This document shows, piece by piece, positions 38,217-47,936 of a stretch of 64,000 nucleotides of DNA. Under the pieces are notes generated by a model. That model saw nothing but the letters and a program-made list of their open reading frames with translations. It was not told where the DNA came from and did no database searches. The stretch spans positions 89 through 64,088 of the forward strand of contig CAMZKV010000018.1 in NCBI GenBank assembly GCA_947311445.1, given 5' to 3'. The translations under genes were made by a program, and so were the position numbers. Each line of letters opens with the position of its first letter. The first letter of the stretch is position 1. The DNA is from an uncultured Chlorobiota bacterium. Lineage in GTDB: Bacteria; Bacteroidota; Bacteroidia; Bacteroidales; JAADGE01.

Positions 38217-39629
38217 ATGAAACGAAATTTATTAAAATTTACAGCAATTGCAATACTTGGTGCAATTATCACATTAAGTTCGTGCAAAACAGACCCAATT
38301 GAACCAGTAGATAAGGATGCAACAACTTTTGTTAAAGATGCAAATGGAAATATTGTTGTAACAGATAAAGGTAAAGGTACAGGTAATTATACATTTAAAG
38401 AAAGTGAAGTATATGTTCTTAACGGATTAGTTTTTGTAAACGACGGACAAACTTTAACAATTGAGCCAGGAACATTAATTAAAGGAAAACCCGGAACAGG
38501 CGAAAGTGCAAGTGCATTAGTTGTTGCAAGAGGTGGAAAAATAATGGCAGAAGGAACGTCTGAAAAACCAATTATTTTTACTGCCGAAGCAGATAACAGA
38601 GAAGGAACCGGAGTTAGTGCCGATGCAAGAGGTCTTTGGGGTGGTGTAATTATGCTTGGAAAAGCTACAACAAATAATCTAACAACAGATAAAGCAATTG
38701 AAGGAATTTCTACAAGCGAAGCAAGAGGTTTATACGGAGGAAATGATGATACCGACAATTCCGGAACTTTAAAATATGTTTCAATTCGTCATGGAGGAAC
38801 TGATATTGGTGAAGGTAATGAAATTAACGGACTTACACTTGGTGCAGTTGGTAGCGGAACAACAATAGATTATATTGAAGTTATTGCAAACAACGATGAT
38901 GGAATTGAATTTTTTGGTGGTTCTGTTTTTGTAAAACACGCTTTAATAGTAAAATGTAAAGACGATTCTTACGATTACGACCAAGGTTTTCATGGAAAAG
39001 GACAGTTTTGGTTAACTACTCAAGACACAGATTCTGACAGAGGCGGAGAACATGACGGAGGACCAAAAGACAATGAAACAGGAACACCTTATGCAAAACC
39101 TGAAATTTATAATGCTACATACATTAGTGTTGAAGGTGGAGAAAGCAAAACTTTTACATTAAGAGATAACGCAGGTGTAACTTATGCAAATTCAATTTTT
39201 GTGAATTTTGACAAAGGTGTTGACATTGAATATTTAGAAGACGGAGGAACAATGGCAGGATGTTCATATAAAATGTGGGAAGACGGATATGTTCATGTAC
39301 AAAACAATGTTTTTTATAATGTTGCAGGACAAACAGATGGTTCAAATGTAGATGCTAGTGTTTTATTTAAAGTTTCAACAGCAAAAGATGCAGAAGGAAA
39401 TCATTTACCATGTCCTCAAAATATAAAAGATGCTTGGACATTAGCTTTTGCAGGAAACACAAACAAAGTAGCAAACCCCGGCGTAACAGCAAATAATCCT
39501 GTGCCTACAAATGCACAAACTGACGATATGGCAACTTATCCTTCCGGATTTGAGAATGTTTCTTACAAAGGAGCATTTGGAACTACTAACTGGGCAGCAG
39601 GATGGACTTTAACTTTCCCTAGTAAATAA
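38217..39629 (+). CDS. Hypothetical lipoprotein, Gly/Asp-rich (possibly beta-helix-like)
   Basis: Lipobox AIITLSSCKTD at the ATG 38217 start; the ORF-track TTG start at 38154 adds a non-signal leader. The protein is G/T/D-rich with repeated G-x-G segments. I did not recognise a family. Confidence 0.6.
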   Translation: MKRNLLKFTAIAILGAIITLSSCKTDPIEPVDKDATTFVKDANGNIVVTDKGKGTGNYTFKESEVYVLNGLVFVNDGQTLTIEPGTLIKGKPGTGESASALVVARGGKIMAEGTSEKPIIFTAEADNREGTGVSADARGLWGGVIMLGKATTNNLTTDKAIEGISTSEARGLYGGNDDTDNSGTLKYVSIRHGGTDIGEGNEINGLTLGAVGSGTTIDYIEVIANNDDGIEFFGGSVFVKHALIVKCKDDSYDYDQGFHGKGQFWLTTQDTDSDRGGEHDGGPKDNETGTPYAKPEIYNATYISVEGGESKTFTLRDNAGVTYANSIFVNFDKGVDIEYLEDGGTMAGCSYKMWEDGYVHVQNNVFYNVAGQTDGSNVDASVLFKVSTAKDAEGNHLPCPQNIKDAWTLAFAGNTNKVANPGVTANNPVPTNAQTDDMATYPSGFENVSYKGAFGTTNWAAGWTLTFPSK

Positions 39630-39653
39630 ACAAACAACAATTACTTTTTATTA

Positions 39654-39681
39654 CCGACGGGATTTTCCCGTCGGTTTTTTT
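39654..39681 (+). terminator. Intrinsic terminator or attenuator between the lipoprotein and TonB-receptor genes
   Basis: CCGACGGGattttCCCGTCGGttttttt: an 8-bp GC-rich stem plus a T7 run. Confidence 0.65.
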
Positions 39682-39704
39682 CAAACACAAACAAACACAA
39701 AAAA

Positions 39705-42482
39705 ATGAAACAAGTTATTATTATTTTATCTTTTTTCTACCTGTCTGTATTTTTTGTAAATGCCCAAGACAGAGGAACAATACGAGGAAACATAACTGAT
39801 AAAGAAACAGGAGAAGCCATTGTTGGAGCAATGCTTATAATAGAAGAAACTGAGCCTGAAATTGTTGCTTTAACAGATTTTGACGGAAATTACAGTTTAG
39901 AAAATGTTCCGATAAATGCCAAGAAATTTACAGTTTCTTTTCTTTCTTATAAAACACAAATAATTGAAAATTTACATTTAATTCCCGGTAATACCGAAAT
40001 TCTTAATCTAATTTTGGAAAAAGTTGCAGAAGATATTGATGAGGTTGTAGTAAGTGCAAAATCAATTACAAATACCGATGCTGCAATAAATACTGTTCAA
40101 AAAAACTCTGCCGGTATTATAAACGGAGTATCATCGCAACAAATGTCTAAACTTGGCGATAGTGATGCTGCATCTGCATTAAAAAGAGTTGCAGGGATAT
40201 CAGTGTCGGGAGGTAAGTATGTGTTTATAAGGGGTTTAAGTGATAGATATTCGAAAGTTACATTGAATGGTGCAGAAATTCCCGGACTTGACCCAAACAA
40301 AAACACTGTTCAAATGGATATGTTTCCATCAAATATAATTGATAATATTATTGTTCATAAATCATTTACACCTGACCTACCGGCTTCCTTCACCGGAGGA
40401 TATATAAATGTAACAACAAAAAGTTATCCTGAAAAATTCACATTGCATTTTTCTAATTCAATCGGGTATAACAGTCAGGCAAACTTAAATGAAGATTTTA
40501 TAAGTTACGAAGGCGGAAAATATGATGCTTTGGGAATTGATGACGGAATAAGAAATATTCCTGAACAAGCAAATGATATTCCTGCAATTTATCAAAATGA
40601 TGAAAAACTTGCAGAAATTTCAAAATCATTTAACAAAATAATGTCAACAAACACAAAAAAATCTTTTCTAAATCATGGACATTCACTTTCAATAGGAAAT
40701 CAAATAAAACTATTTGGTAAGCCTTTTGGGTTTATTCTTTCAGCTAGTTACGACAGAAAGTTTAAATACTACGACAATGGTCTATATGCAAAATACGATT
40801 ATACACATTCGCAAAATTCTTCGGGTGTTATGAATTTATATATTTCTGAAAAAGAAAAAAAAGGAGAAGAAGATATAATGCTTTCTTTACTCGGCGGTTT
40901 TTCATATAAACTAAACAGGAATAACAGTTTAAATATTTCAATATTAAAAAATAGCAGTGGGTTAAAATCTGCAAGATATAGAGAAGGTCCAAGACCGGAA
41001 GACGATATTTATATGCACGAACATACATTAGGTTTTCAAGAAAGAAATTTTACATCAGCTCAGTTTTCCGGGAAACACATTTTAACAAACTTTTTAAATA
41101 TTAGGATAAATTGGATTAGTTCATATACACTTTCAAAACAAGATGAACCAGATTTGAGATTTTTTTCTTATGATAATACAGGTATAAATTCAAGTGCCTA
41201 TGCCGTTCCTGCACGTTTTTATAGGTTTATGACAGAAAATAATGCAGATAATAAATTAACCTTTGAAATTCCTGTAAACATAAAAGGCAAAAGTGCAAAA
41301 ATTAAATCCGGAGCAGCTTATACTTATAAAAGCAGAAATTCTGATGAAAAGAAATTTGACATCTTATCACAAGGAATTGTGTTTAACGGAAACATTTATG
41401 AATATTTATCCGATGAAAACATTATTAAAGATGTTAATAATTCGCCCAAAGGCATTTATGTAGGAAACGATACAATTACAGATAGTTTTAACAGCTACCA
41501 AGCAAAAGAAAATGTGATAGCAGCATTTGGAATGATTGATATTGATATTACAAAAAATCTTAAAATAATTACGGGAGCAAGATTTGAAAACAATTCTATT
41601 TTTGTTGAAAATAAGGTCCCGACTTATCATCATAAATATAAAAAAGCAGAAAGAATTTATCCTGACATCTTGCCTGTTTTTAACACACGTTATTCTGTAA
41701 ATAAAAACATGAACCTAAGGTTTGTATATTCCAAAACCGTTGGAAGACCTGCATTTAGAGAAATTGCACCTTATGCAGTTTACGACTTTAAAGAAGGTTG
41801 GCGAGTTGTAGGAAATCCGGATTTGCAAAGAACACTAATTGATAATTTAGATTTAAGATGGGAAAAATTTGGGATTAATGGCGATATTATTTCCGCAAGT
41901 GTTTTTTACAAATATTTTAAAAATCCTATTGAACTTGTTGATGATGCTCGTGCAACAAATACCGAATTTCATTATGTAAATATAAATAATTCAAAATTAT
42001 ATGGTATTGAATTTGAATTTAAACAACACTTAGGATTTGTTAATTTGAATAATTTTATGATTGGAAGTAATATTACAATTTTAAAATCAGAAGTTGAATT
42101 TCCCGTAAATTCAAACACAGAGGAAAGTGCAATTTTAAAAAGACCTATGTATGAACAAGCACCATGGGTTGTAAATGCGTTTTTATCTTACGATAACAAA
42201 GAAGTTGGGCTTAACTCAAATGTTTCTTTCAATATGGAAGGAGATAAACTTGCAGTTGTAATAAGAGGAGATGCACCTGATATTTATAAGCGTTCATATC
42301 CAAATTTAAAATTTAATATTTCAAAAACCATAGGAAAAAATTTTTCTGTTAAATTTTCCGTAAAAAACATATTAGATAAAGTTCATAAGAAAACTTATGA
42401 TATAGAAGACAAAGAATATATTTTTCAATCTTACAGTTTAGGCAGAACTTATTCATTCTCTGTAAGTTATAATATTAATTAA
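39705..42482 (+). CDS. TonB-dependent receptor with CarboxypepD_reg-like N-terminal domain
   Basis: Signal peptide, IRGNITDKETGEAIVGAMLII, and plug motifs (SGGKYVFIRGLSDRYSKVTLNGAEIPGLDP). A long beta-barrel follows and the protein is 925 aa. Confidence 0.85.
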   Translation: MKQVIIILSFFYLSVFFVNAQDRGTIRGNITDKETGEAIVGAMLIIEETEPEIVALTDFDGNYSLENVPINAKKFTVSFLSYKTQIIENLHLIPGNTEILNLILEKVAEDIDEVVVSAKSITNTDAAINTVQKNSAGIINGVSSQQMSKLGDSDAASALKRVAGISVSGGKYVFIRGLSDRYSKVTLNGAEIPGLDPNKNTVQMDMFPSNIIDNIIVHKSFTPDLPASFTGGYINVTTKSYPEKFTLHFSNSIGYNSQANLNEDFISYEGGKYDALGIDDGIRNIPEQANDIPAIYQNDEKLAEISKSFNKIMSTNTKKSFLNHGHSLSIGNQIKLFGKPFGFILSASYDRKFKYYDNGLYAKYDYTHSQNSSGVMNLYISEKEKKGEEDIMLSLLGGFSYKLNRNNSLNISILKNSSGLKSARYREGPRPEDDIYMHEHTLGFQERNFTSAQFSGKHILTNFLNIRINWISSYTLSKQDEPDLRFFSYDNTGINSSAYAVPARFYRFMTENNADNKLTFEIPVNIKGKSAKIKSGAAYTYKSRNSDEKKFDILSQGIVFNGNIYEYLSDENIIKDVNNSPKGIYVGNDTITDSFNSYQAKENVIAAFGMIDIDITKNLKIITGARFENNSIFVENKVPTYHHKYKKAERIYPDILPVFNTRYSVNKNMNLRFVYSKTVGRPAFREIAPYAVYDFKEGWRVVGNPDLQRTLIDNLDLRWEKFGINGDIISASVFYKYFKNPIELVDDARATNTEFHYVNINNSKLYGIEFEFKQHLGFVNLNNFMIGSNITILKSEVEFPVNSNTEESAILKRPMYEQAPWVVNAFLSYDNKEVGLNSNVSFNMEGDKLAVVIRGDAPDIYKRSYPNLKFNISKTIGKNFSVKFSVKNILDKVHKKTYDIEDKEYIFQSYSLGRTYSFSVSYNIN

Positions 42483-42525
42483 TATTTGAAGTTTTTTGTA
42501 ATTTCAAATGTGTGTTTTGTTTGTG

Positions 42526-42555
42526 AAGCCTGATTTTTTAAATCGGGCTTTTTTT
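42526..42555 (+). terminator. Intrinsic terminator after the TonB-dependent receptor
   Basis: AAGCCTGATTTtttAAATCGGGCTTttttt: an 11-bp stem with one T-G wobble, followed by a T-run. Confidence 0.6.
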
Positions 42556-42624
42556 ATATTTTATAAAAGTTTTTGTAATAATATTTTATTTTTTTCTTTT
42601 GTGTTTAAATATTAATTTTTTTTC

Positions 42625-43707
42625 ATGAAAGCCAAAGTTTCAACACTTATTGTTATTGTTATATTTTTGGGAAATATCTTGAATGCCCAATCCGACAGCT
42701 CAAGAGTTGAAAAAATAGTTAAAAAAATTGACATTTCAGGTACATGGTATTTAGCGTACAATAAAAATATTACTGATAGCACAAATCAGTTCCTATTAAA
42801 AAGAGGATATATTACTTTCAAATCAAAGTTAAATTCAAAACTTTCAATTAGATACACACAAGACATCACTCTTGACAACGAAGGTTCTGATGCTGGAAAT
42901 ATTGAAATAAGGATGAAATATCTGTATATGAAACTAAAACCTTTTCAAAAAGGGTTTTTGAAAAATTCTTTTATGGAATTTGGTTTAGTCCACAGACCTT
43001 TTGTAGATTTTGAACAAAAAATAAATACCTATCGTTCACAAGGGAAAATGTTTATTGAGAAATCTGGAATTGTAAACACTTCTGATTTTGGTTTTTCGTT
43101 CAATGGACTTATTGGAGGGAAATTAAGTTCAGAAACACAAAAAAAAGCAGGGAAACATTACCCCGGAAAGTACGGTAGTTATTCTGTTGGAATATATAAT
43201 GGAGGAGGATATCACGCAATAGAAAAAAATAACAATAAAACTATTGAAGGCAGACTAAGCATAAGACCTTTGCCCGAATATATTTCTGGTTTGCAGTTTT
43301 CTTATGGAGGTATTTTTGGAAAAGGGAATAGAGATGAAGATGTAAAGGATTTTGTAATGAGCTTGTTTGCAGCAACATACAAGAGTAAGCGCTGTGTTTT
43401 GTCTGGTCAATACTATATAGGACAAGGAGATTACAAAGGGAAATATAGGGATGTTAAAAATAATGCTGCAAAAAACGAAGGATACTCTGTTTTTGGAGAA
43501 TTAAAAATTCCAAAAACTTCCTTAGCTTTATTCGGAAGATATGACAATTTTGTTTCTTACCAAGAATTAAATTTTAAAAAGACATACTATTTTGGAGGAG
43601 TAACATATAGGTTTTTGAAAAATAAAGTATTTGCATATTACGGAAATGAATTAATTGCAGGAAAAAAAGAAGAAGTTTTTGAAGTTGTTCTAGAAGTAGT
43701 TTTTTAA
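42625..43707 (+). CDS. Putative outer-membrane beta-barrel porin (possibly OprO/P-like)
   Basis: Signal peptide, alternating beta-strand pattern, G/Y-rich composition and a C-terminal F. The porin assignment comes from composition and context only. Confidence 0.45.
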   Translation: MKAKVSTLIVIVIFLGNILNAQSDSSRVEKIVKKIDISGTWYLAYNKNITDSTNQFLLKRGYITFKSKLNSKLSIRYTQDITLDNEGSDAGNIEIRMKYLYMKLKPFQKGFLKNSFMEFGLVHRPFVDFEQKINTYRSQGKMFIEKSGIVNTSDFGFSFNGLIGGKLSSETQKKAGKHYPGKYGSYSVGIYNGGGYHAIEKNNNKTIEGRLSIRPLPEYISGLQFSYGGIFGKGNRDEDVKDFVMSLFAATYKSKRCVLSGQYYIGQGDYKGKYRDVKNNAAKNEGYSVFGELKIPKTSLALFGRYDNFVSYQELNFKKTYYFGGVTYRFLKNKVFAYYGNELIAGKKEEVFEVVLEVVF

Positions 43708-43746
43708 AAAAACTTATGTAATTTAAGCTATATTGCGTATGTTAGT

Positions 43747-44526
43747 TTAAATAGAAACTTGAACTTCAAAACCAGCATCTTTTACTTTATTTGCAATTTC
43801 ATTTAACTTTTCAGGGGCAACTTTTTTTAAACCTTTTGATGGAGTATCTCTATCAATTGTGTAAATCATAATTTTCTTTGGTTTTATTTCTTTCAAGAGT
43901 TTTATCCATTCTAAAACTTCGATATTGCTTGTGTTGTCAGCAGATTTGTTTTTGTATGTTCCTGTAAGAAACATAGTTTGAATAATTAAATTACCATTAA
44001 AAAGTTTTAAATTCTCAACTAATTTTGAAGCAGAAAAATTAGGTAGAGGATTATTCAAAAATTTAATTGTACTATCAAAAGCAGAATCAAGTTTAAGAAT
44101 ATTATCATCTACTTTATTAAGAGCATCAAGAACACTTTTTTTATTAAGCATAGTTGCATTGGAAAGAACTGCAACTCTTGCCTCCGGGAAGTATTTATTT
44201 CTTATTTCAATTGTATCATCAATTATTTCGGCAAAATCGGGATGTGTTGTTGGCTCACCATTTCCTGCAAAAGTAATAACATCAGGAGGATTATTATTTT
44301 GCTTCATTTGGTAAAGTACTTCTTCTAATCTTTGTTTTACCTCTTTTCTTTTGTGAAATTGCATACCTTTAAACTTGTCTTTATAAGTTCTGCCACATTC
44401 ACAATAAATACAATCAAAATTGCAAAACTTATAATCAAGAGGAAGTAAATTTACTCCAAGAGAAACCCCAAGCCTTCGGCTTCTTACAGGTCCAAAAATT
44501 ATTTTATTAAACAAGAAAACTGCCAT
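43747..44526 (-). CDS. Radical SAM protein
   Basis: CX3CX2C motif YKFCNFDCIYCECG preceded by GPVRSRRLGVSLGVNL. The start is set at MAVFLFNK (44526), because the longer ORF-track N-terminus looks non-native. Confidence 0.8.
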   Translation of the reverse strand: MAVFLFNKIIFGPVRSRRLGVSLGVNLLPLDYKFCNFDCIYCECGRTYKDKFKGMQFHKRKEVKQRLEEVLYQMKQNNNPPDVITFAGNGEPTTHPDFAEIIDDTIEIRNKYFPEARVAVLSNATMLNKKSVLDALNKVDDNILKLDSAFDSTIKFLNNPLPNFSASKLVENLKLFNGNLIIQTMFLTGTYKNKSADNTSNIEVLEWIKLLKEIKPKKIMIYTIDRDTPSKGLKKVAPEKLNEIANKVKDAGFEVQVSI

Positions 44527-44672
44527 TTTTTTTCGGCAAATGTATAAAAAACATAATAAAGATTTCAATATAAAAAACAATGTTGCCGAATTAAAAATTT
44601 AAGAGGTGTTTTTTTAAGAATTTTTCAAACGAAGCCTAATGAAAACATTTTGTTTTTTGCAAATAAGCTGAT

Positions 44673-44714
44673 AAAAAAAATACAGCAACTAGCAAAAGCT
44701 AATTACTGTATTTT
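44673..44714 (-). terminator. Intrinsic terminator after the T9SS cargo gene
   Basis: aaaaaaAATACAGcaacTAGCaaaaGCTAattaCTGTATTtt: a two-tier hairpin. On the minus-strand transcript it is followed by a T8 run. Confidence 0.55.
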
Positions 44715-44739
44715 AAAAAATGAAATTTATACTGCACTT

Positions 44740-47622
44740 TTATTTAACTATTAATTTTTTAGTAAAAGTGTTTTTACTGTTAGAAAAGTTCAGTAAATAT
44801 ATACCGGATTCAGGAATAAATAGTTTATCTTCCTTTACTATATTTTTTTCATGTATAATTTGCCCAGAAATATTATAGACTTTAAGTTTATAAGAATCGT
44901 CAGTAGTAATATTTAAAAAACCAGACGAAGGATTTGGATATATGCGAATATTATTTGTTATGTTTTTTATCCCTACTGCTTGATCAACTCTTAGCTCATC
45001 AACAAAAATATCACAAAATTCTCCTCCATTAAAAATAATGCTTTCTGCATAAAACCCAAACATTACAGTACCACTGTATGCAGATAAATCAAAAGTCATT
45101 TCTTGTCCTTGGTAAGGTATATCTGAAAAAGCAGGGTTTGAAGTATTATCCCACATTTGCAAAGCATTCGCAGACGACCAAGTCTCACCGGCATCAGTAG
45201 ATATAATTACAGCAAACTTATTATCTTCGCCATATACATCGGGAGGTCCACTTTCTCCTGCTTTTGTAATAGCAAGATTAAATTTAAGTTCTGTATTGTT
45301 GTCTGTCCCTAAATCAATTTTTGGACTTATTAACCAATCTTGTCTGTAAGTTCCAAAAACAGTTATACAAGCAGATTGATTTGAAGGGTCAGAATTTAGG
45401 TATGGATCTTGTTCCCAACTTGCCTCCAGAGGACTTATGTAGGTGTTATTTTCTAGCAAAGCTTTTCCTTCTTTCCAATCATTTGGCAGATATGTATCAA
45501 ATTTTTCTTCAAAAGGAACAGAATAAGCTGTTGAAAATTGAAATGGACCTGCCCATTCACTAACATCTGTATTATTTCCTCCGCAATCGGCTCTTACATA
45601 AAAATCGTATGATATAGTTGGTAGTAAATCAGAAACACTAAAAGGGTTACTTGTAACATTGTCATATGTTGGTGTTCCTGTTGGTACAAAATCTGCAATG
45701 CCAAGTTCTATATCCCACATTGTTTCGTCGTTTCCATTTTGCCATGTTAAATTTGCACTTGTAGATGTAATATTAGTAGCATTTAAAAGAGCGGGTTGAG
45801 GGCAAGCTGGTCTTAATCTTACCTCAAAATTATCTACAAAAACATCATAATCTCTTGGGTCGTCAATTTCTCCTTCACTAGCCCAAAATGCAAACCTTAC
45901 ATGCGAAGCTGTTATGTTTTCAATATTTATTAAAATATTATCTCCTAAATTTGAAGGTTCACTGCCAACTGTCCAAGAATATAATGTCTGCCAATTTAAA
46001 CCGTCTTCTGTATATGCAAATTTTATTTCATCATCACTTCCCATTTCCATAGGTAATGTGTCGTAATATTTTGTCAAAGCAATATCAAAATTAACCTCAT
46101 AGCCTCCTGCCGACATATCAAGCTGAGGACTTATGAGCCAATCTTTTTTATTATTATTATATAAATTAATTCTTGCACTAGGCGAACCATTTGTTTGGTT
46201 ACCAAAATTTTGTTGATTCCACGAAGCAACACCTTGTTGTCCTACGGGGCCTTCATCAAATCCTCCTCTTATTACGTCCCAACAAGCAGGAATATAGGAA
46301 GAAAAATCTTGAGTATATATAGGCATAGTCGGTGAGCAAGGAGTGGTAAAGGTACGAGGTCCTACCCAAGAACTTTGAGTTCCTCCGCAGTCATTCCTTA
46401 CATAAAAATCATAAGATGTAGATTCTGATAAGCCTGTGACAGTTAGAGGTTTAGTGCTAATGTCATTATTTGTTGGTGTTCCTGTTGGTGAGAATCCTGT
46501 TAAGCCCCATTCCACATCCCAATTAGCATTTCCTCCTGTTTGTGTCCAAGCTAAATTTGCACTAGTTTCATTAATAAGTATAACAGTTAAATCTGTTGGT
46601 TCAGGGCAATCTGCAAGAGTTGTAAACTCATAAGGTCCTGTCCAATAACTTACATCTGAATTATCTCCACTACAATCTGCCCTAACATAAAATTCATAAG
46701 CTGTTTCTGAATTTAATCCTGAGAGATTAAAATTGGTTGTCGTTACATCTTCTATTGTTGGTGTTCCTGTTTGAGTGAAACCGGAAACTCCCCATTCAAT
46801 ATCCCAATTAGTGGCTGTTGCTGTTTCATGCCAACTTAATAAGGCAGAACTTGATGTAATATTCTCTGCATTTAAATTATCCGGTTGAAAGCATGTTGGC
46901 ACTGCATAAGTAAAAGTATAAGTTGTGCCTGTTACGATAGCTGCCATTATACTCTTTGGAATATTATCATTTGCAACAGTTGTTGAATAAGTTGCCGGAG
47001 AACCGGGGGTTACAGATAAAAAAGTAAGACTGCTGTTTTCTGTATCATTAAAACCTATTGACCCGCCATCAGGGTACCAGTTTATAGCATTCGACATATC
47101 GCCGTAAATAAACGCTATTTTCCCGTCCGTTTCATACAGTTTTAGTTGATAACTAACATTAGATGCTTTTGTAGATTTGCTATCATCATAAGTCTCAACA
47201 TCATGCCATTCTATGGTTAAAACTTGACTTCCGGCAGTACCTGAAAGTTCATAATAACAATGACCATTTGTGTATGTCATATCCATATCATCCCAGTAGG
47301 GTGCTATGTAGGGTGTGGTGTTTGGGGCATTCAAATTATTATCGCTATATACTTGTGCAGTAGTTGTTCCAAGAATAATAGCACCATTAACCCCAACCGT
47401 AAATTGAGAGTAATTATTTTCATTATAAACAAAGGAAAAACTTCCTGTTAAATCTAGCGGAAACTCTGAATCGTCTCCTGTACCTAGATTTGTTCCTGTT
47501 GTAGAAATTGAAGTAAAAGTTCCTACTGTTTCAGCAAACTGATAATAATTAATTGTTTTTTGTGCATTAATACCCAAAGAAAAGGCAAATGTTAGAATAA
47601 AATAAATATAGATTTGTTTCAT
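44740..47622 (-). CDS. Large secreted T9SS cargo protein with three Fn3-like repeats and MAM/choice-of-anchor-J-like modules
   Basis: Signal peptide. Three copies of CP.P..L....IT..SA.L.W ... NWD(I/V)EWG..GF..TGTPT ... Y(E/D)FYVR(A/N)DCGG. C-terminal T9SS type A sorting domain IRIYPNPSSGFLNITT ... GIYLLNF ... KKLIVK. Confidence 0.8.
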   Translation of the reverse strand: MKQIYIYFILTFAFSLGINAQKTINYYQFAETVGTFTSISTTGTNLGTGDDSEFPLDLTGSFSFVYNENNYSQFTVGVNGAIILGTTTAQVYSDNNLNAPNTTPYIAPYWDDMDMTYTNGHCYYELSGTAGSQVLTIEWHDVETYDDSKSTKASNVSYQLKLYETDGKIAFIYGDMSNAINWYPDGGSIGFNDTENSSLTFLSVTPGSPATYSTTVANDNIPKSIMAAIVTGTTYTFTYAVPTCFQPDNLNAENITSSSALLSWHETATATNWDIEWGVSGFTQTGTPTIEDVTTTNFNLSGLNSETAYEFYVRADCSGDNSDVSYWTGPYEFTTLADCPEPTDLTVILINETSANLAWTQTGGNANWDVEWGLTGFSPTGTPTNNDISTKPLTVTGLSESTSYDFYVRNDCGGTQSSWVGPRTFTTPCSPTMPIYTQDFSSYIPACWDVIRGGFDEGPVGQQGVASWNQQNFGNQTNGSPSARINLYNNNKKDWLISPQLDMSAGGYEVNFDIALTKYYDTLPMEMGSDDEIKFAYTEDGLNWQTLYSWTVGSEPSNLGDNILINIENITASHVRFAFWASEGEIDDPRDYDVFVDNFEVRLRPACPQPALLNATNITSTSANLTWQNGNDETMWDIELGIADFVPTGTPTYDNVTSNPFSVSDLLPTISYDFYVRADCGGNNTDVSEWAGPFQFSTAYSVPFEEKFDTYLPNDWKEGKALLENNTYISPLEASWEQDPYLNSDPSNQSACITVFGTYRQDWLISPKIDLGTDNNTELKFNLAITKAGESGPPDVYGEDNKFAVIISTDAGETWSSANALQMWDNTSNPAFSDIPYQGQEMTFDLSAYSGTVMFGFYAESIIFNGGEFCDIFVDELRVDQAVGIKNITNNIRIYPNPSSGFLNITTDDSYKLKVYNISGQIIHEKNIVKEDKLFIPESGIYLLNFSNSKNTFTKKLIVK

Positions 47623-47799
47623 ATTAATATATTTTAATTTAAGAATTTTTTGTTTCTCAAAAGTAATGATTTAAACTTATTGAAACACCATGGTTAACAT
47701 AAAATTAACACAAACTTAATATAATATCCACTATCCATAACCTACTACATAAAAATTATATGGTAGTGTTAAATATTTTATATATTTAGTTGTAAATTG

Positions 47800-47829
47800 T
47801 TTGAAAAAAGTATATAATACTTATTTTTG
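47800..47829 (+). promoter_or_regulatory. Candidate Bacteroidota sigma-A promoter of the glycogen operon
   Basis: TTTG (47800-47803), an 18-nt spacer, then TATTTTTG (47822-47829). This fits the -33 TTTG / -7 TAnnTTTG architecture, about 100 nt upstream of the ATG at 47937. Confidence 0.35.
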
Positions 47830-47936
47830 TAGAGATTTTAATAATTTTAATGAAAACAGTTTTATATTTCCTTAAAAACCATTATATTTAAAGAATTTAA
47901 TATTGTTCTTTAAAGCAAAATAAAAAGCAAATACAA

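Noticed and set aside
38387-38758. 123-aa minus-strand ORF inside the 38217-39629 lipoprotein gene
   Set aside because: It is the antisense reading of a Gly/Thr-rich region. The plus-strand gene has a lipobox and operon context, and this ORF has neither.
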